In this document: positions 1 to 9,633 of the stretch, piece after piece
How the letters are laid out: every line of letters starts with the position of its first letter
Numbering within the stretch: the stretch's first letter is position 1
Source: an uncultured Alphaproteobacteria bacterium
Lineage (GTDB): Bacteria; Pseudomonadota; Alphaproteobacteria; Rhizobiales; Rhodomicrobiaceae
Reading direction: 5' to 3'
DNA length: 64,000 nt
Assembly: GCA_963740975.1 (NCBI GenBank)
Contig: CAVUGF010000051.1
Coordinates: 7,286 to 71,285, forward strand
Position numbers and translations under genes: made by a program
The notes under the pieces: model-generated
What the model was told of the DNA's origin: nothing
The model's database searches: none
Seen by the model: only the letters and a program-made list of their open reading frames with translations

Positions 1-228
1 CGGCGCGGCGCTGGGGCTGTATTTCGCGACGGGGCACATGCGGCTTGAAGGCGGCGCCATGCGCCGGGGCAGGGGGCCGGTGATCGAGGGCGGCACTTTG
101 AACGTCGTTCCGCAAAGCAAGCCGCTTCCCTAGCAAAACAGATCGCAGCGGCATCCCGCGCCGCGTGCCGCGGCTGAAACAGGATTAGGTGCGGGCTAAT
201 GAACACGGAAAAGCAGAGGAAAGAAACC

Positions 229-948
229 ATGGGCTACGTGGTGCCATTCATGAACAGCAAGGGCGGGACCGGCAAGTCGGTTCTGGCGCGCGCTTACGCC
301 GTCGAGGCGGCGCGGGCAGGGGCCTCGGTGCTGATCGCCGATCTGGACGACATGCAGCGAACCTCGAAGCGCTGGGCCGATCACCGCAGGTGAACGGCTT
401 GACGCCGGAGATAACGGTCAAGGTGGCCACGCCGCGCCATGCGCTTGATCTGATGGACCGCGCGGACGTTCTGGTGATCGACACGCCGGGCTGGACGGAT
501 CGCGAAAGCCTAAAGATGGCGCACTGGTCGACCTTCTGCGTCATTCCATCGCGGGCCAACCGGATGGACGATCTGTCGGAGACGGTGCGGCTCCTGCATG
601 TGCTGAAGGCGGAAGGGATCGAGACTGGCGCTTCGGCGTGGCGCTGAACGCGGCTCCGGGCGGCCTCGGCGGAGCAGGATGACCGCGATGCGCGGGCCTA
701 TCTCGGCGCAGGTGGGTTACGAGGCGCTGCCGGGCTTCGTGCGCGACGAGAAGGAATATGAGATCGCGCTTCTGCAGGGCAAGGCGATCACCGAGACAGG
801 CGATGAAGGGGCTGAACAAGGAGGCGTTCGCGCTCGTGAACGGCATTGCCGGGCGCGGTGCGGGAAGCCGGAACAAGCGGTCTGCTTGATGAGGCGATCG
901 AGCGGAGACCGGGGCGCGGGCATGGGCAGAGGAGGGCGAGGGCAATGA
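229..948 (+). pseudogene. parA: ParA-family ATPase, split by several frameshifts
   Basis: Deviant Walker A NSKGGTGKS, LIADLD, VIDTPG motifs spread over ORFs 199..393, 189..647 and 679..948; may be intact in vivo if the indels are sequencing errors. Confidence 0.8.
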
Positions 949-1218
949 CAAAGAGCAATTTCGAGAAGCTGTCAGAAGAAGCGATGTTTGCGCCCGCGCC
1001 GCCATCCGACGACGAACTGCGCAGTCCAGGTTTGGGCGCGATCCGGGGCCGGGATGGGCGCACGCGCCCGGAGAACAGGACGCACGGAGCAGTTCGCGAC
1101 GGTTGTCTCGCAGGAATTCAAGGCCTGGATGAAAGCGCAGGCCAAGAAGGTGGGCAAATCGCAAGCCGCGCTGCTTGACGATATGCAGGCCGCCTACATC
1201 GAAAAGTACGGGGGATAG
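945..1218 (+). CDS. Small RHH-like ParA partner (one frameshift)
   Basis: ATG overlaps the parA stop (ATGA); low-complexity N-terminus, then RTGRTEQFATVVSQEFKAWMKAQAKKVGKSQAALLDDM (strand-helix-helix pattern). Confidence 0.6.
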
Positions 1219-1220
1219 CC

Positions 1221-1454
1221 ATGCTGACCATTTGGCGGCGGAAGCCGGAACCGGCGGCGGCGATTGAAGAGGCGGCTCCAGAGCCCGTCCGCCGCACGCA
1301 GCAGCAGAACATCAAGGTCAGCGAGGATTGCTTGCGGACTTTTGCCGCGCTCGCCAAATCGCTTGGCGTCAGCAGGGCGGCGTTGTTCGAGGACATGGTG
1401 GCGGAGAGGCTCGCCGTGGCCGAGCGGCAGGGGCTGAGGTTGGAGATCGAGTAA
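1221..1454 (+). CDS. Small RHH/CopG-like DNA-binding protein
   Basis: QQNIKVSEDCLRTFAALAKSLGVSRAALFEDMV pattern; homologous copy at 38166-38318. Confidence 0.7.
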   Translation: MLTIWRRKPEPAAAIEEAAPEPVRRTQQQNIKVSEDCLRTFAALAKSLGVSRAALFEDMVAERLAVAERQGLRLEIE

Positions 1455-1473
1455 GGGAGCGGCGGGTGCGGTC

Positions 1474-1764
1474 ATGGGTGACGGCGTACACGAGCAGCGT
1501 TGGTCCTATCCGCCTGATTACGTTTCGGCGGAGACATTGGCCTATCGCCTGGATTGCTCGCGTTCCACGATCGATACCTACGTGCGGCTTGGGCTGCTTC
1601 CGAAACCCGAAAGCATCGGCAATCTGCAGCGCTGGGATTTTGGACAGGTAAAAGCCTTCATCAAGGCGCAAAACGCTGAGATGGGTGGAAGGCATGGGGC
1701 TGCGTCGGATGAGGAAGACGCCTATTTGAAGGGGCTCAAAGGTGGGTCGGCCAAGAAGAGCTAG
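1474..1764 (+). CDS. Excisionase/AlpA-like HTH protein
   Basis: YVSAETLAYRLDCSRSTIDTYVRLGLLPKP..IGNLQRW; overlaps the integrase start. Confidence 0.75.
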   Translation: MGDGVHEQRWSYPPDYVSAETLAYRLDCSRSTIDTYVRLGLLPKPESIGNLQRWDFGQVKAFIKAQNAEMGGRHGAASDEEDAYLKGLKGGSAKKS

Positions 1765-2833
1765 AGCAAAGCTGCCGCCGCATGTGCATGCGGTGAAAGC
1801 AAAGGGCAAGGAGTATTATTACTACCAGCCCTATCGTAGCACGAGCCGCGAGCGCGAGCGGATCAAGCTGCCGGGCGCGCCCTTCGATGACGACGGGACG
1901 CCGAATGCGGCGTGGTGGCAAGCCTATCGTGACCAAACGCAGGAACGAGAAACCGGCGTGCGGGCGGGAAGCTTCGCCGCATTGATCAAAACCTACAAGG
2001 AAAGCCCGGAGTGGCGCGAGCTTTCGGCCAAGACACAAGGGCTGTGGGGGCCGCTGCTCGACAAGGTCAAGCAAGCCTGGGCGCAGCTATCCGTGAAGGG
2101 ACTTGAGCCGCGGCATGTACTGGCGCTGAGAGACGCCTATGCCGATACGCCCGGCATGGCGAACAACATGATCCGGGCGCTATCGTCAGTGCTGGGATGG
2201 TCGGTGCCGCGGGGATGGCGCGGAAACAATCCTTGTTTGGGCCTTCGCAAGCTCAAGGGCGGTGAGGGATATGAGCCTTGGAGTTGGGAGGAGATAGATC
2301 TCTTTCAGATGAAAGCAAGGCGCGACATCTGGCAGGCGGCCGCCCTTGCGCTTTATACCGGGCAACGGATGAGTGACGTTCTGGCGATGCGCTGGAGCGA
2401 CATCAAGGGCGGCATGATTGCGGTCGTTCAGCATAAGACCGGCAAGCAGCTCTGGATCCCGGCGCACGAGAATCTGAGAAAGGTTCTGGCGCAGATTACG
2501 CGCAGCAACGTGCAGATCCTGACGAACAGCCGCGGCGCGGCCTGGACGCTTGACGGGTTCAAGACCTCCTGGGGTGACGAATTGGACCGGAAGGAATTTG
2601 CGACGCTGCGCGAACGGCAGCGCGTGTTTCACGGTTTGCGCAAGTCAGCGGTTGTTTTCCTGCTGGAGGCCGGCTGCAGCGATGCCGAAGTTTCCGCCAT
2701 CACCGGACAGTCACGGCGCATGGTGGAGCATTACGCGAAGCAGGTGAATCAAAAGAAGCTGGCGGCGGCCGCTGTTCTCAAATGGGAAGCAGCGGGCGGG
2801 CGTTCGCAACGCGACGAGGTTTTGGACGGGTAG
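1742..2833 (+). CDS. int: Tyrosine recombinase (phage integrase family)
   Basis: YTGQRMSDV (R), HKTG (K), FHGLRK (HxxR), EHY (Y); N-terminal arm-binding region with YYYYQPYR. Confidence 0.95.
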   Translation: MGRPRRARAKLPPHVHAVKAKGKEYYYYQPYRSTSRERERIKLPGAPFDDDGTPNAAWWQAYRDQTQERETGVRAGSFAALIKTYKESPEWRELSAKTQGLWGPLLDKVKQAWAQLSVKGLEPRHVLALRDAYADTPGMANNMIRALSSVLGWSVPRGWRGNNPCLGLRKLKGGEGYEPWSWEEIDLFQMKARRDIWQAAALALYTGQRMSDVLAMRWSDIKGGMIAVVQHKTGKQLWIPAHENLRKVLAQITRSNVQILTNSRGAAWTLDGFKTSWGDELDRKEFATLRERQRVFHGLRKSAVVFLLEAGCSDAEVSAITGQSRRMVEHYAKQVNQKKLAAAAVLKWEAAGGRSQRDEVLDG

Positions 2834-3057
2834 CGCCACCATAAGGAGCGTCGATCAATCGCCGGCCTTGTCTTGTATACCATGGCGAAATTTTCGACCT
2901 CGATGGGCGCTGCACAGAGATTTGCATGGTCCTGACATCAACTCATGGGCGTGTCGATCGCAGCACGCGATGGAGATCGCGGTCAGCTATACCTCAACAA
3001 GCGGTCACCAATGACTTGTGACGATGTCGGGTTTAGTGCGTTTTCGTCCAGCTCATA

Positions 3058-4916
3058 TCACTGGCTTGCAAGGACGCGAAAGCGCATTCCCCAAGTGTCC
3101 ATGAGAAACGCCTCTGTTGCTGCAAGTAGCTCGAGGTGGGTCGCTACGGCTCGCGACTTGGAGAAGCCTGGCTGAACAATTGTGACGCTGAAGTCGTAGT
3201 TGAATTCCTGCCATCGATTAAGCCAGGCTGACAGGAGCGCTGAGGAGCCGAGCTCATAGCGGCTTGGTTTGCCTTTCCGAAGGCGATCAGCCTCTCTCCT
3301 TGCCAGATGACGTAGGAAAAAATCCGGTTTCTCGCGCCAGCGCACGCATTTTTGGGCTTGTCCACAGACCTCGTATAGATCGTCGAGACGAGCACCGACG
3401 GCGGCGTCCGATGAGTATTTGCAGTGGACAAGATCGACGATCAACGTGCCGGGCTGACAGGCGCATGGCGACAATGTCGGCGGTCTCCCCGGATCGTCGT
3501 CATCATAGATGATCTCGTAGGGATTAGCTGACCGTGACAGGCGCTCGATCATGAAACGCTGGATCGACGCGGGGTGCTTCGCCCAGCATATCGACGCAGA
3601 CAATAATGCGGGACTGGTCTGAGCGCAGCGCCGCTAGCGCGGTTGCGCGCTCGACGCGGGTCATTTCGCTGTGAATTAGGGTGGGATTGAATTGCGGGAG
3701 CCGCGACGCGTATTTGCAATGCAGGCGTTCGGCGGTTGGGATATCGGCGACTCGGGCCATGGCCAGGTGCTTGAGGCCAGCAGCGCGGTCACGTGCGAGC
3801 ACCTCGCCCAGTTTTGCGATGATCAGGTCGTCCGTGTGGTCGCGGTCGGCTCCCTGGATCGGCTCGAAGGTGATGGGGCGAAACAACTCCTCCTGCTGCG
3901 CACGGCGCAACGGGTAGACGTAGATAAACTTGCCTCCGATGCTACGTCCGTCGGTGCGGAAAGGCGTCGCTGTAAACTGGAGGATCGTACGATGCGTGAA
4001 ATTCGCGCGGAAGGCAGCCCACGTCTTGGCGGCGATGTGATGGGCCTCGTCTACGAAGAGATGGGTCGCAAGCTCCCCCATGCGCATCTGGCATTCGGGT
4101 GATGCCTTGGAGACAACCTGCATGGTAGTGACGATGACGTTGGCGCGACGCAAGACGTCATCGACCTCATCGACGGTTCGGGGGACGCGCCGAAGCGTTG
4201 CCACGATGGGGTATTGCACACCGGGGGTCAGACAACCGCACGCGCCGAGCACGCCGAGGCGGAGAAACTTCTGGGAGATCTCGGGTGCGCAGAGCGTCGG
4301 TAGGGACCACCACCAATACGCGTTCAAGGCGATGGCTGACGAGCAAGCCGAGCATCGCCTCCGTCTTTCCGGTGCCGGTCGGCATGACGATAGTGCCAGG
4401 GCGGTTGCTGACGCTCCAATGCGCCATGACGGCGTGGAGCGCTCCGGCCTGCGGGGCGCGAAGGCCGACGGTGCGGCTGCCGTCAGAAGCGAGACGCTCC
4501 TGTTGGAAGATGAACCCCTCGTGCCAAGATGCGATGACGTCGCGGCACGCGGCTTCGGCGTCACCGAGGGCGACCGATGAGGAGGATGTCCGCTTCGGCG
4601 CAAGCCATCTTCCAGTCCCAGCTTCGAGAGCGCTCGACACGGCATCGACCGAAGACGCGTCAGGCACTAGCAGTGTTGCCGGGGCCGGAAGCCGCGCGAC
4701 AGTGTTGCGTCCCACGATGGCTATCATGCGGTCGGAGGTCTCAGCCAGAAATCCCTTGAGGGCCCCCTGCTGAAGGGGCGTAAGACGAGCGTCGGAGAGC
4801 TTGGCCGGCTGGAGAAGCTGCTGGACGGGGTTGCCGAGGATGTTACCCGCTATCCGGTAATGGTCCGGCAGGTGAAGACGGGCACTCTCGGCAAATAGAT
4901 CCAAGGTTCTTGACAT
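3058..4916 (-). pseudogene. SF2 DEAH helicase with C-terminal PD-(D/E)xK-like domain; frameshifted and internally deleted
   Basis: MPTGTGKT, VDEAHH, TATPFR and IIVCVDMLGE motifs; C-terminal YDDD..ADIVA..LVHCKYS..LYEVCGQAQK; GGAGG precedes the ATG at 4916. Confidence 0.8.
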
Positions 4917-5047
4917 GTGGGGCCTCCCCAAATTGAGTTTAGTCGATTCGGGGGCGACAGGCGCAGTCCGGACGGACTTGCTCAACAGCAGAGGGGCAAG
5001 ACGGAAGGTGTTTTTCTTTAGGCAGCGAAACGCAGAGGGAACGGAGT

Positions 5048-5120
5048 TTGTAAAACCGTCCAGCGCAAATTGTAAAACCGTGCCCGCGTTCCGGTTTGTT
5101 CTGGGGCTAAGTCATTGATT
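5048..5120 (+). promoter_or_regulatory. Putative integrase arm-type sites and IHF site of the att region
   Basis: TTGTAAAACCGT at 5048-5059 and 5070-5081; TAAGTCATTGATT at 5108-5120 matches the reverse IHF consensus YAANNNNTTGATW. Confidence 0.6.
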
Positions 5121-5124
5121 TGAT

Positions 5125-5200
5125 TGGAGCGGGCGACGAGGTTCGAACTCGCGACCCTCAGCTTGGGAAGCTGATGCTCTACCGGCTGAGCTACACCCGC
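5125..5200 (-). tRNA. tRNA-Gly(CCC)
   Basis: Reverse complement GCGGGTGTAGCTCAGCCGGTAGAGCATCAGCTTCCCAAGCTGAGGGTCGCGAGTTCGAACCTCGTCGCCCGCTCCA; cloverleaf with encoded CCA. Confidence 0.97.
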
Positions 5201-5547
5201 GTGACAGCTACATTAGCACTGCGCGCGCAGTTTGCAACAGGGCTTGTACCTCTTCGGCAATTCTCAATTTGGCATTGGATTGGATTTTCGTTGATCCGGG
5301 CCGCCAAGTCGCAGCTTCCAGCTAAGCTGGCGGTGTGGTGGGGAACCGCTAAAGGCGGTCTGAAGGGATTCTGCTACTTGAGCGATGGGCATCGGCGAGG
5401 GTGTTGCCGGGTTTCCCCCCCAGGTGCAAAAACATGTCCGCCGGCATTATCTCAGCGCCACGGCCCCTGCCGCCGCCTCGCCAGTGGTATGACCTTCCCG
5501 CGTGAAGCGCTTGGCCGGTGCCGGCAATTGCCCAGGATTTGTGCCCC

Positions 5548-5943
5548 ATGAAGCCAGAAAAGAAATATCGCGGCCCCTGCCCCTGCGGCAGCCTCAGGAC
5601 CTACGAGAAGTGCTGCCAGGCTTTGCATCAGGGCGGACTGCCGGCGGACGCCCAGGCGTTGATGCGCGCGCGCTACTCCGCCTTTGTGCTGAAGCTTGAG
5701 CCCTATCTGCTCACCACCTGGCACCCGCGCACAAGGCCGCGGGACCTCGAACTTTCCCAATCGCCGCGCCGCTGGCTGAGCCTCAAGGTTCTCCGGCATG
5801 AGGAGGGCGCGGATGGCGCCGCCGTTGTCGAGTTCATCGCCCGCTACAAGGCGGGCGGCCGTGTGCAGGAGCTGCGCGAAGCAAGCCGGTTTGTCCAGGA
5901 AGATGGGCGCTGGCTTTATGTTGACGGGGACATCGCAAACTAA
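5548..5943 (+). CDS. ychJ: YchJ family SEC-C motif protein
   Basis: CPCGS..YEKCC, ALMRARYSAF, TWHP, VEFIARY, E.SRF....GRWLYVDG. Confidence 0.9.
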   Translation: MKPEKKYRGPCPCGSLRTYEKCCQALHQGGLPADAQALMRARYSAFVLKLEPYLLTTWHPRTRPRDLELSQSPRRWLSLKVLRHEEGADGAAVVEFIARYKAGGRVQELREASRFVQEDGRWLYVDGDIAN

Positions 5944-6583
5944 CTCTGGACCGGCAGCCGTTTTTAAAGCACCGGGAATTCTATTCCGGACGCATTCGCT
6001 TGCCAGACGATGTCTTAACAATCCGCAAACAGAGTAAGCGCTTGCATCATGGTTAATTCGGGCATGGTTAACGTGGACTCTCGATGCGTTCCTCACGTGC
6101 ATTTTTGCGATTTTTTCCCTGCTTTTGGCCGATTTCCACGGTTGCAGACTCCCTTTAAATATAGTTGCAGTTGTCAGATTAACCGTATTACGGCGCATTT
6201 TGCCGCCCCCTCCGCCGCGTCAAGCGTTGCAAATATCACGAAATATCAAGGCGTTATCCGGCCATTAAAGGTCCAGTAAGGCGCATGGTGTTAAAGTGCG
6301 CCCTAATGAGAAGCACGGCAATCGCATCGAATTGGCGCCCAATACCGCAAAGCTGAGGTAAACAAGTGCTTACCTTGCCACAATTCCGGCCGGCAACGGA
6401 GAGGGCCGGATGCTTAAGCTCAAGCCACGTGAGATTGCAGCGGTGAGATTTGAGGAAAGCAGGGGAACGGTAGACGGCTTTGCGCCGGTGCAAGCGCCCC
6501 ACGCTGCTGTTGCGCCGGCGCAAGGATCGTGACAAAGCATTGCCCAACAAATTGTCAAAAACACCCTGCGCTCCGGCACTCCC

Positions 6584-9007
6584 ATGAAATTCACGCTCTC
6601 CTGGCTCAAAGACCACCTGCAAACCGATGCCCCGCTCGACGAGATCGCGGCGAAGCTGACGCTGATCGGCCTTGAAGTCGAAGGCATCGAGGACCCGGCG
6701 GCGAAGCTCAAGGATTTCGTCATCGCGCACGTGCTTGAGGCGGCCCCGCATCCCAATGCGGACAAGCTTCAAGTCCTCAAAGTCGATGCGGGCTCCGGGC
6801 CGCTCCAGGTGGTATGCGGCGCACCCAACGCGCGCAAAGGCCTGATTGGCGTATTCGCGGCCCCCGGCGTACATGTGCCCGGCATCAACGTGACGCTCGG
6901 CAAGGCCAGCATCCGCGGTGTCGACTCGGCCGGCATGATGTGCTCGGAGCGCGAGCTTGAGCTGTCCACCGAGCACAGCGGCATCATTGAGCTGCCGGAG
7001 AGCATGAAGGCCAAGGTGGGCCAGCGCTTCGTGGATGTCATGGGCTTGCACGATCCGGTCATTGATGTAGCGATCACGCCGAACCGGCCCGACTGCCTTG
7101 GCGTGCGCGGCATCGCGCGCGACCTGGCCGCGGCCGGGCTTGGCCAGCTTAAGCACGCGAACGAAGGCTATGTTGGCAAAGGCACATTCGAGTGCCCCAT
7201 CTTGATCGAGCTGCAATTCCCCAAGGCTGCGGAAAACGCTTGTCCGGTTTTCGCAGGCCGCCTCATTCGCGGTGTTGCGAACAAGCCCTCGCCCGACTGG
7301 ATGCAGCGCCGCCTGCGCGCGATCGGTCTCAGGCCCATCAACGCCGCGGTGGACGTAACGAACTACATCTCCATCGGCCTCGCCCGGCCGCTGCACGTGT
7401 ACGACGCGGATAAGCTGGCGGCCCCCATCATGGCCCGGCTTGGCAAGCAGGGCGAGAGCTTCGTGGCGCTCGACGGCAAAACCTACGAGGTGGACGAAAC
7501 CATGTGCGTGATCGCCGATAAGGCGCATGTTCTAGGCCTCGGCGGCGTCATGGGCGGCGAGACGGCCGGCGCCACGGAAGCCACCACCACGATCTTCATC
7601 GAGAGCGCTTATTTCGATCCGGTGCGCACCGCCGCCACCGGCCGCAAGACCGGCATCAACTCCGACGCCCGCTACCGTTTCGAGCGCGGCATCGACCCCA
7701 AGTCGGAGATGCTGGGCCTCAACCTCGCCACGCAGATGATTCTCGAATTCTGCGGCGGCGAGCCAAGCGCGGCAATCGTTGCCGGCCATGAGCCCGGCGG
7801 GCGGCCCGCGATCCGCTTCGATCCGGCGCGCGTGCAGAAGCTTTCCGGCGCCAAGTTCACGAACGCCGAAACCATTGCCACGCTCAAAAGCCTTGGCTTC
7901 ACGGTGCAAGGCAAGGCGCCCGTGCTGACCGTAACACCTCCTTCCTGGCGGCCGGACGTGCATGGCGCCGCCGATCTTGTCGAGGAGGTTGTGCGCTTGT
8001 CCGGCGCGGATCGCATTCCGTCCACGCCTCTGCCGCGTGATCCAGGCGTGGCGAAAGCGGTGCTGACGCCTTCCCAGAAGCGCGTTCTCGGCGCCCGCCG
8101 CGCGCTTGCGGCTCGCGGTCTCGTCGAAGCCGTCACCTGGTCGTTCGTGGCCGAAGCCCAGGCGCGGGCTTTCGGCGGCGGCGCGGGCGAACTTCGCCTC
8201 GCCAATCCGATATCGAGCGAAATGACCGACATGCGGCCAAGCCTGCTGCCCGGCCTGCTTTCGGCTGCACGCGCCAACGCGAACCGTGGCTTCGAGGATG
8301 CCGCCCTGTTCGAGGTTGGGCAGGTCTTCCGCGGCGAAAAGCCCGAGGATCAGAGCAACGTCGCGAGCGGCGTACGCACCGGTACGGCCCGGCTGACTGG
8401 CGGCGGGCGCCACTGGGACGGCGCGGCCAAGCCGGCCGATGTTTTCGACGCCAAGGCCGACGCGCTGGCGGTGCTCGCCGCCCTCGGCCTCGATACGGCC
8501 AAGCTGCAAACGGCCCGCAATGTACCGGCCTGGTATCACCCTGGCCGCTCGGGTACGTTCCAGCTTGGCCCCAAAACCGTGCTTGCCCATTTCGGCGAGT
8601 TGCATCCGGAAACCTTGAAGGCGCTGGACATCAAGGGGCCAGCCGCGGTCTTCGAGGTCTTCCTCGATCAGATCCCTGCCTCCCGCAAGAAGGGGACAGC
8701 CAAGGGCGCGCTCGTTGCCAGCGATTTCCAGCCCGTCCGGCGCGATTTCGCCTTCATCGTGGACAACGCCGTGGAGGCGGCTTCCGTGATCAGGGCTGCG
8801 GAAAGCGCCGAAAAGAGCCTGATTTCCCGCGTCAGCGTCTTCGATGTGTTCCAGGGACAGGGCGTGCCGGCGGGCAAGAAGTCGCTCGCCCTCGAAATCA
8901 CGCTCACACCGCTTGACCGCACCCTGACGGAAGCCGAGATCGAGGCGGTCTCCGTTAAGGTTGTGGCGCAGGTGAAGAAGACAACCGGAGCGGAGCTGCG
9001 GAGCTGA
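6584..9007 (+). CDS. pheT: Phenylalanine-tRNA ligase beta subunit
   Basis: MKFTLSWLKDHL, HPNADKL, VVCGAPN, ITPNRPDCLG, RFERG, RRDFAF; 807 aa. Confidence 0.98.
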   Translation: MKFTLSWLKDHLQTDAPLDEIAAKLTLIGLEVEGIEDPAAKLKDFVIAHVLEAAPHPNADKLQVLKVDAGSGPLQVVCGAPNARKGLIGVFAAPGVHVPGINVTLGKASIRGVDSAGMMCSERELELSTEHSGIIELPESMKAKVGQRFVDVMGLHDPVIDVAITPNRPDCLGVRGIARDLAAAGLGQLKHANEGYVGKGTFECPILIELQFPKAAENACPVFAGRLIRGVANKPSPDWMQRRLRAIGLRPINAAVDVTNYISIGLARPLHVYDADKLAAPIMARLGKQGESFVALDGKTYEVDETMCVIADKAHVLGLGGVMGGETAGATEATTTIFIESAYFDPVRTAATGRKTGINSDARYRFERGIDPKSEMLGLNLATQMILEFCGGEPSAAIVAGHEPGGRPAIRFDPARVQKLSGAKFTNAETIATLKSLGFTVQGKAPVLTVTPPSWRPDVHGAADLVEEVVRLSGADRIPSTPLPRDPGVAKAVLTPSQKRVLGARRALAARGLVEAVTWSFVAEAQARAFGGGAGELRLANPISSEMTDMRPSLLPGLLSAARANANRGFEDAALFEVGQVFRGEKPEDQSNVASGVRTGTARLTGGGRHWDGAAKPADVFDAKADALAVLAALGLDTAKLQTARNVPAWYHPGRSGTFQLGPKTVLAHFGELHPETLKALDIKGPAAVFEVFLDQIPASRKKGTAKGALVASDFQPVRRDFAFIVDNAVEAASVIRAAESAEKSLISRVSVFDVFQGQGVPAGKKSLALEITLTPLDRTLTEAEIEAVSVKVVAQVKKTTGAELRS

Positions 9008-9017
9008 GGCCGCGTGC

Positions 9018-9045
9018 GGGCAAGCTTAGGTTGTAGCGCTTGCCC
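9018..9045 (+). terminator. Hairpin after pheT
   Basis: GGGCAAGC...GCTTGCCC inverted repeat 11 nt after the stop; no clear U-tract. Confidence 0.45.
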
Positions 9046-9278
9046 TGAAAGCGGCCAATTTTAACCGTAAAAATGGCAATCATCTTTTCGGATTACGAAA
9101 TAATCTACATTTCGTGGTTCACGTTTACTGTGACCCCAGAATATAGATTAAATCTGGGGTGCAGTTCCCTATATGCTTTGCCTATACGGTCACGGTAACG
9201 CTAAGTATGCACCTGTCAAACCCGCGTCCAAACGGAAAAAGTGTGCGTTGCCCCCCCTGCCAGGAGGTGCGGCGAATT

Positions 9279-9458
9279 ATGGGCCGGTTGTGGCGCAAGT
9301 TCGTCGTGGACGAGGAACCGGGCGAGAGGGAGCGTGTGCGCCAGAAGCGGATCGACAACATCATGCACGATGTCGTCCTTTTGGAAGCCATGCGGCGCTG
9401 GGAGCTGGAACACAAACGTCAGGAAGTTCTTAAAGACAGCCCCCTCGCCAAGGAATAG
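9279..9458 (+). CDS. Small hypothetical protein (59 aa)
   Basis: AGGAGG upstream of the ATG; charged, probably helical sequence MGRLWRKFVVDEEPGERERVRQKR. Confidence 0.55.
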   Translation: MGRLWRKFVVDEEPGERERVRQKRIDNIMHDVVLLEAMRRWELEHKRQEVLKDSPLAKE

Positions 9459-9633
9459 GGCAGGAACAGCCTACGGTTGCAGTCTTGACCCAGAACTCCA
9501 GGAGGTTTGGAGGGATGGCGTTGCACGGCGGCAATAGCGTGCCGAAAAAGCCGCACCCCTTCTTTGCAAACAGGCCGCCCCCCGGCTATATAGAGTGCAT
9601 CGGTTTCCTCAAAGGGCAGAGTACGGCGCGCGC

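Larger units (their letters stand above)
1..5124. mobile_element. Right end of an integrative element inserted at the tRNA-Gly(CCC) 3' end
   Basis: ParA, two RHH-like ORFs, excisionase-like ORF, tyrosine integrase and helicase cargo abut the tRNA 3' end; repeated arm-like motifs lie next to the tRNA; the left end is outside the window. Confidence 0.85.

Noticed and set aside
5950-6420. CtrA boxes (TTAA-N7-TTAA) in the TTAA-rich spacer
   Set aside because: Several TTAA half-sites, but none I checked had the correct 7-nt spacing
6254-8605. Long antisense ORFs opposite pheT (likewise opposite PBP1A, the EAL gene, thrC and cusA)
   Set aside because: Typical GC-rich shadow frames with no recognisable motifs
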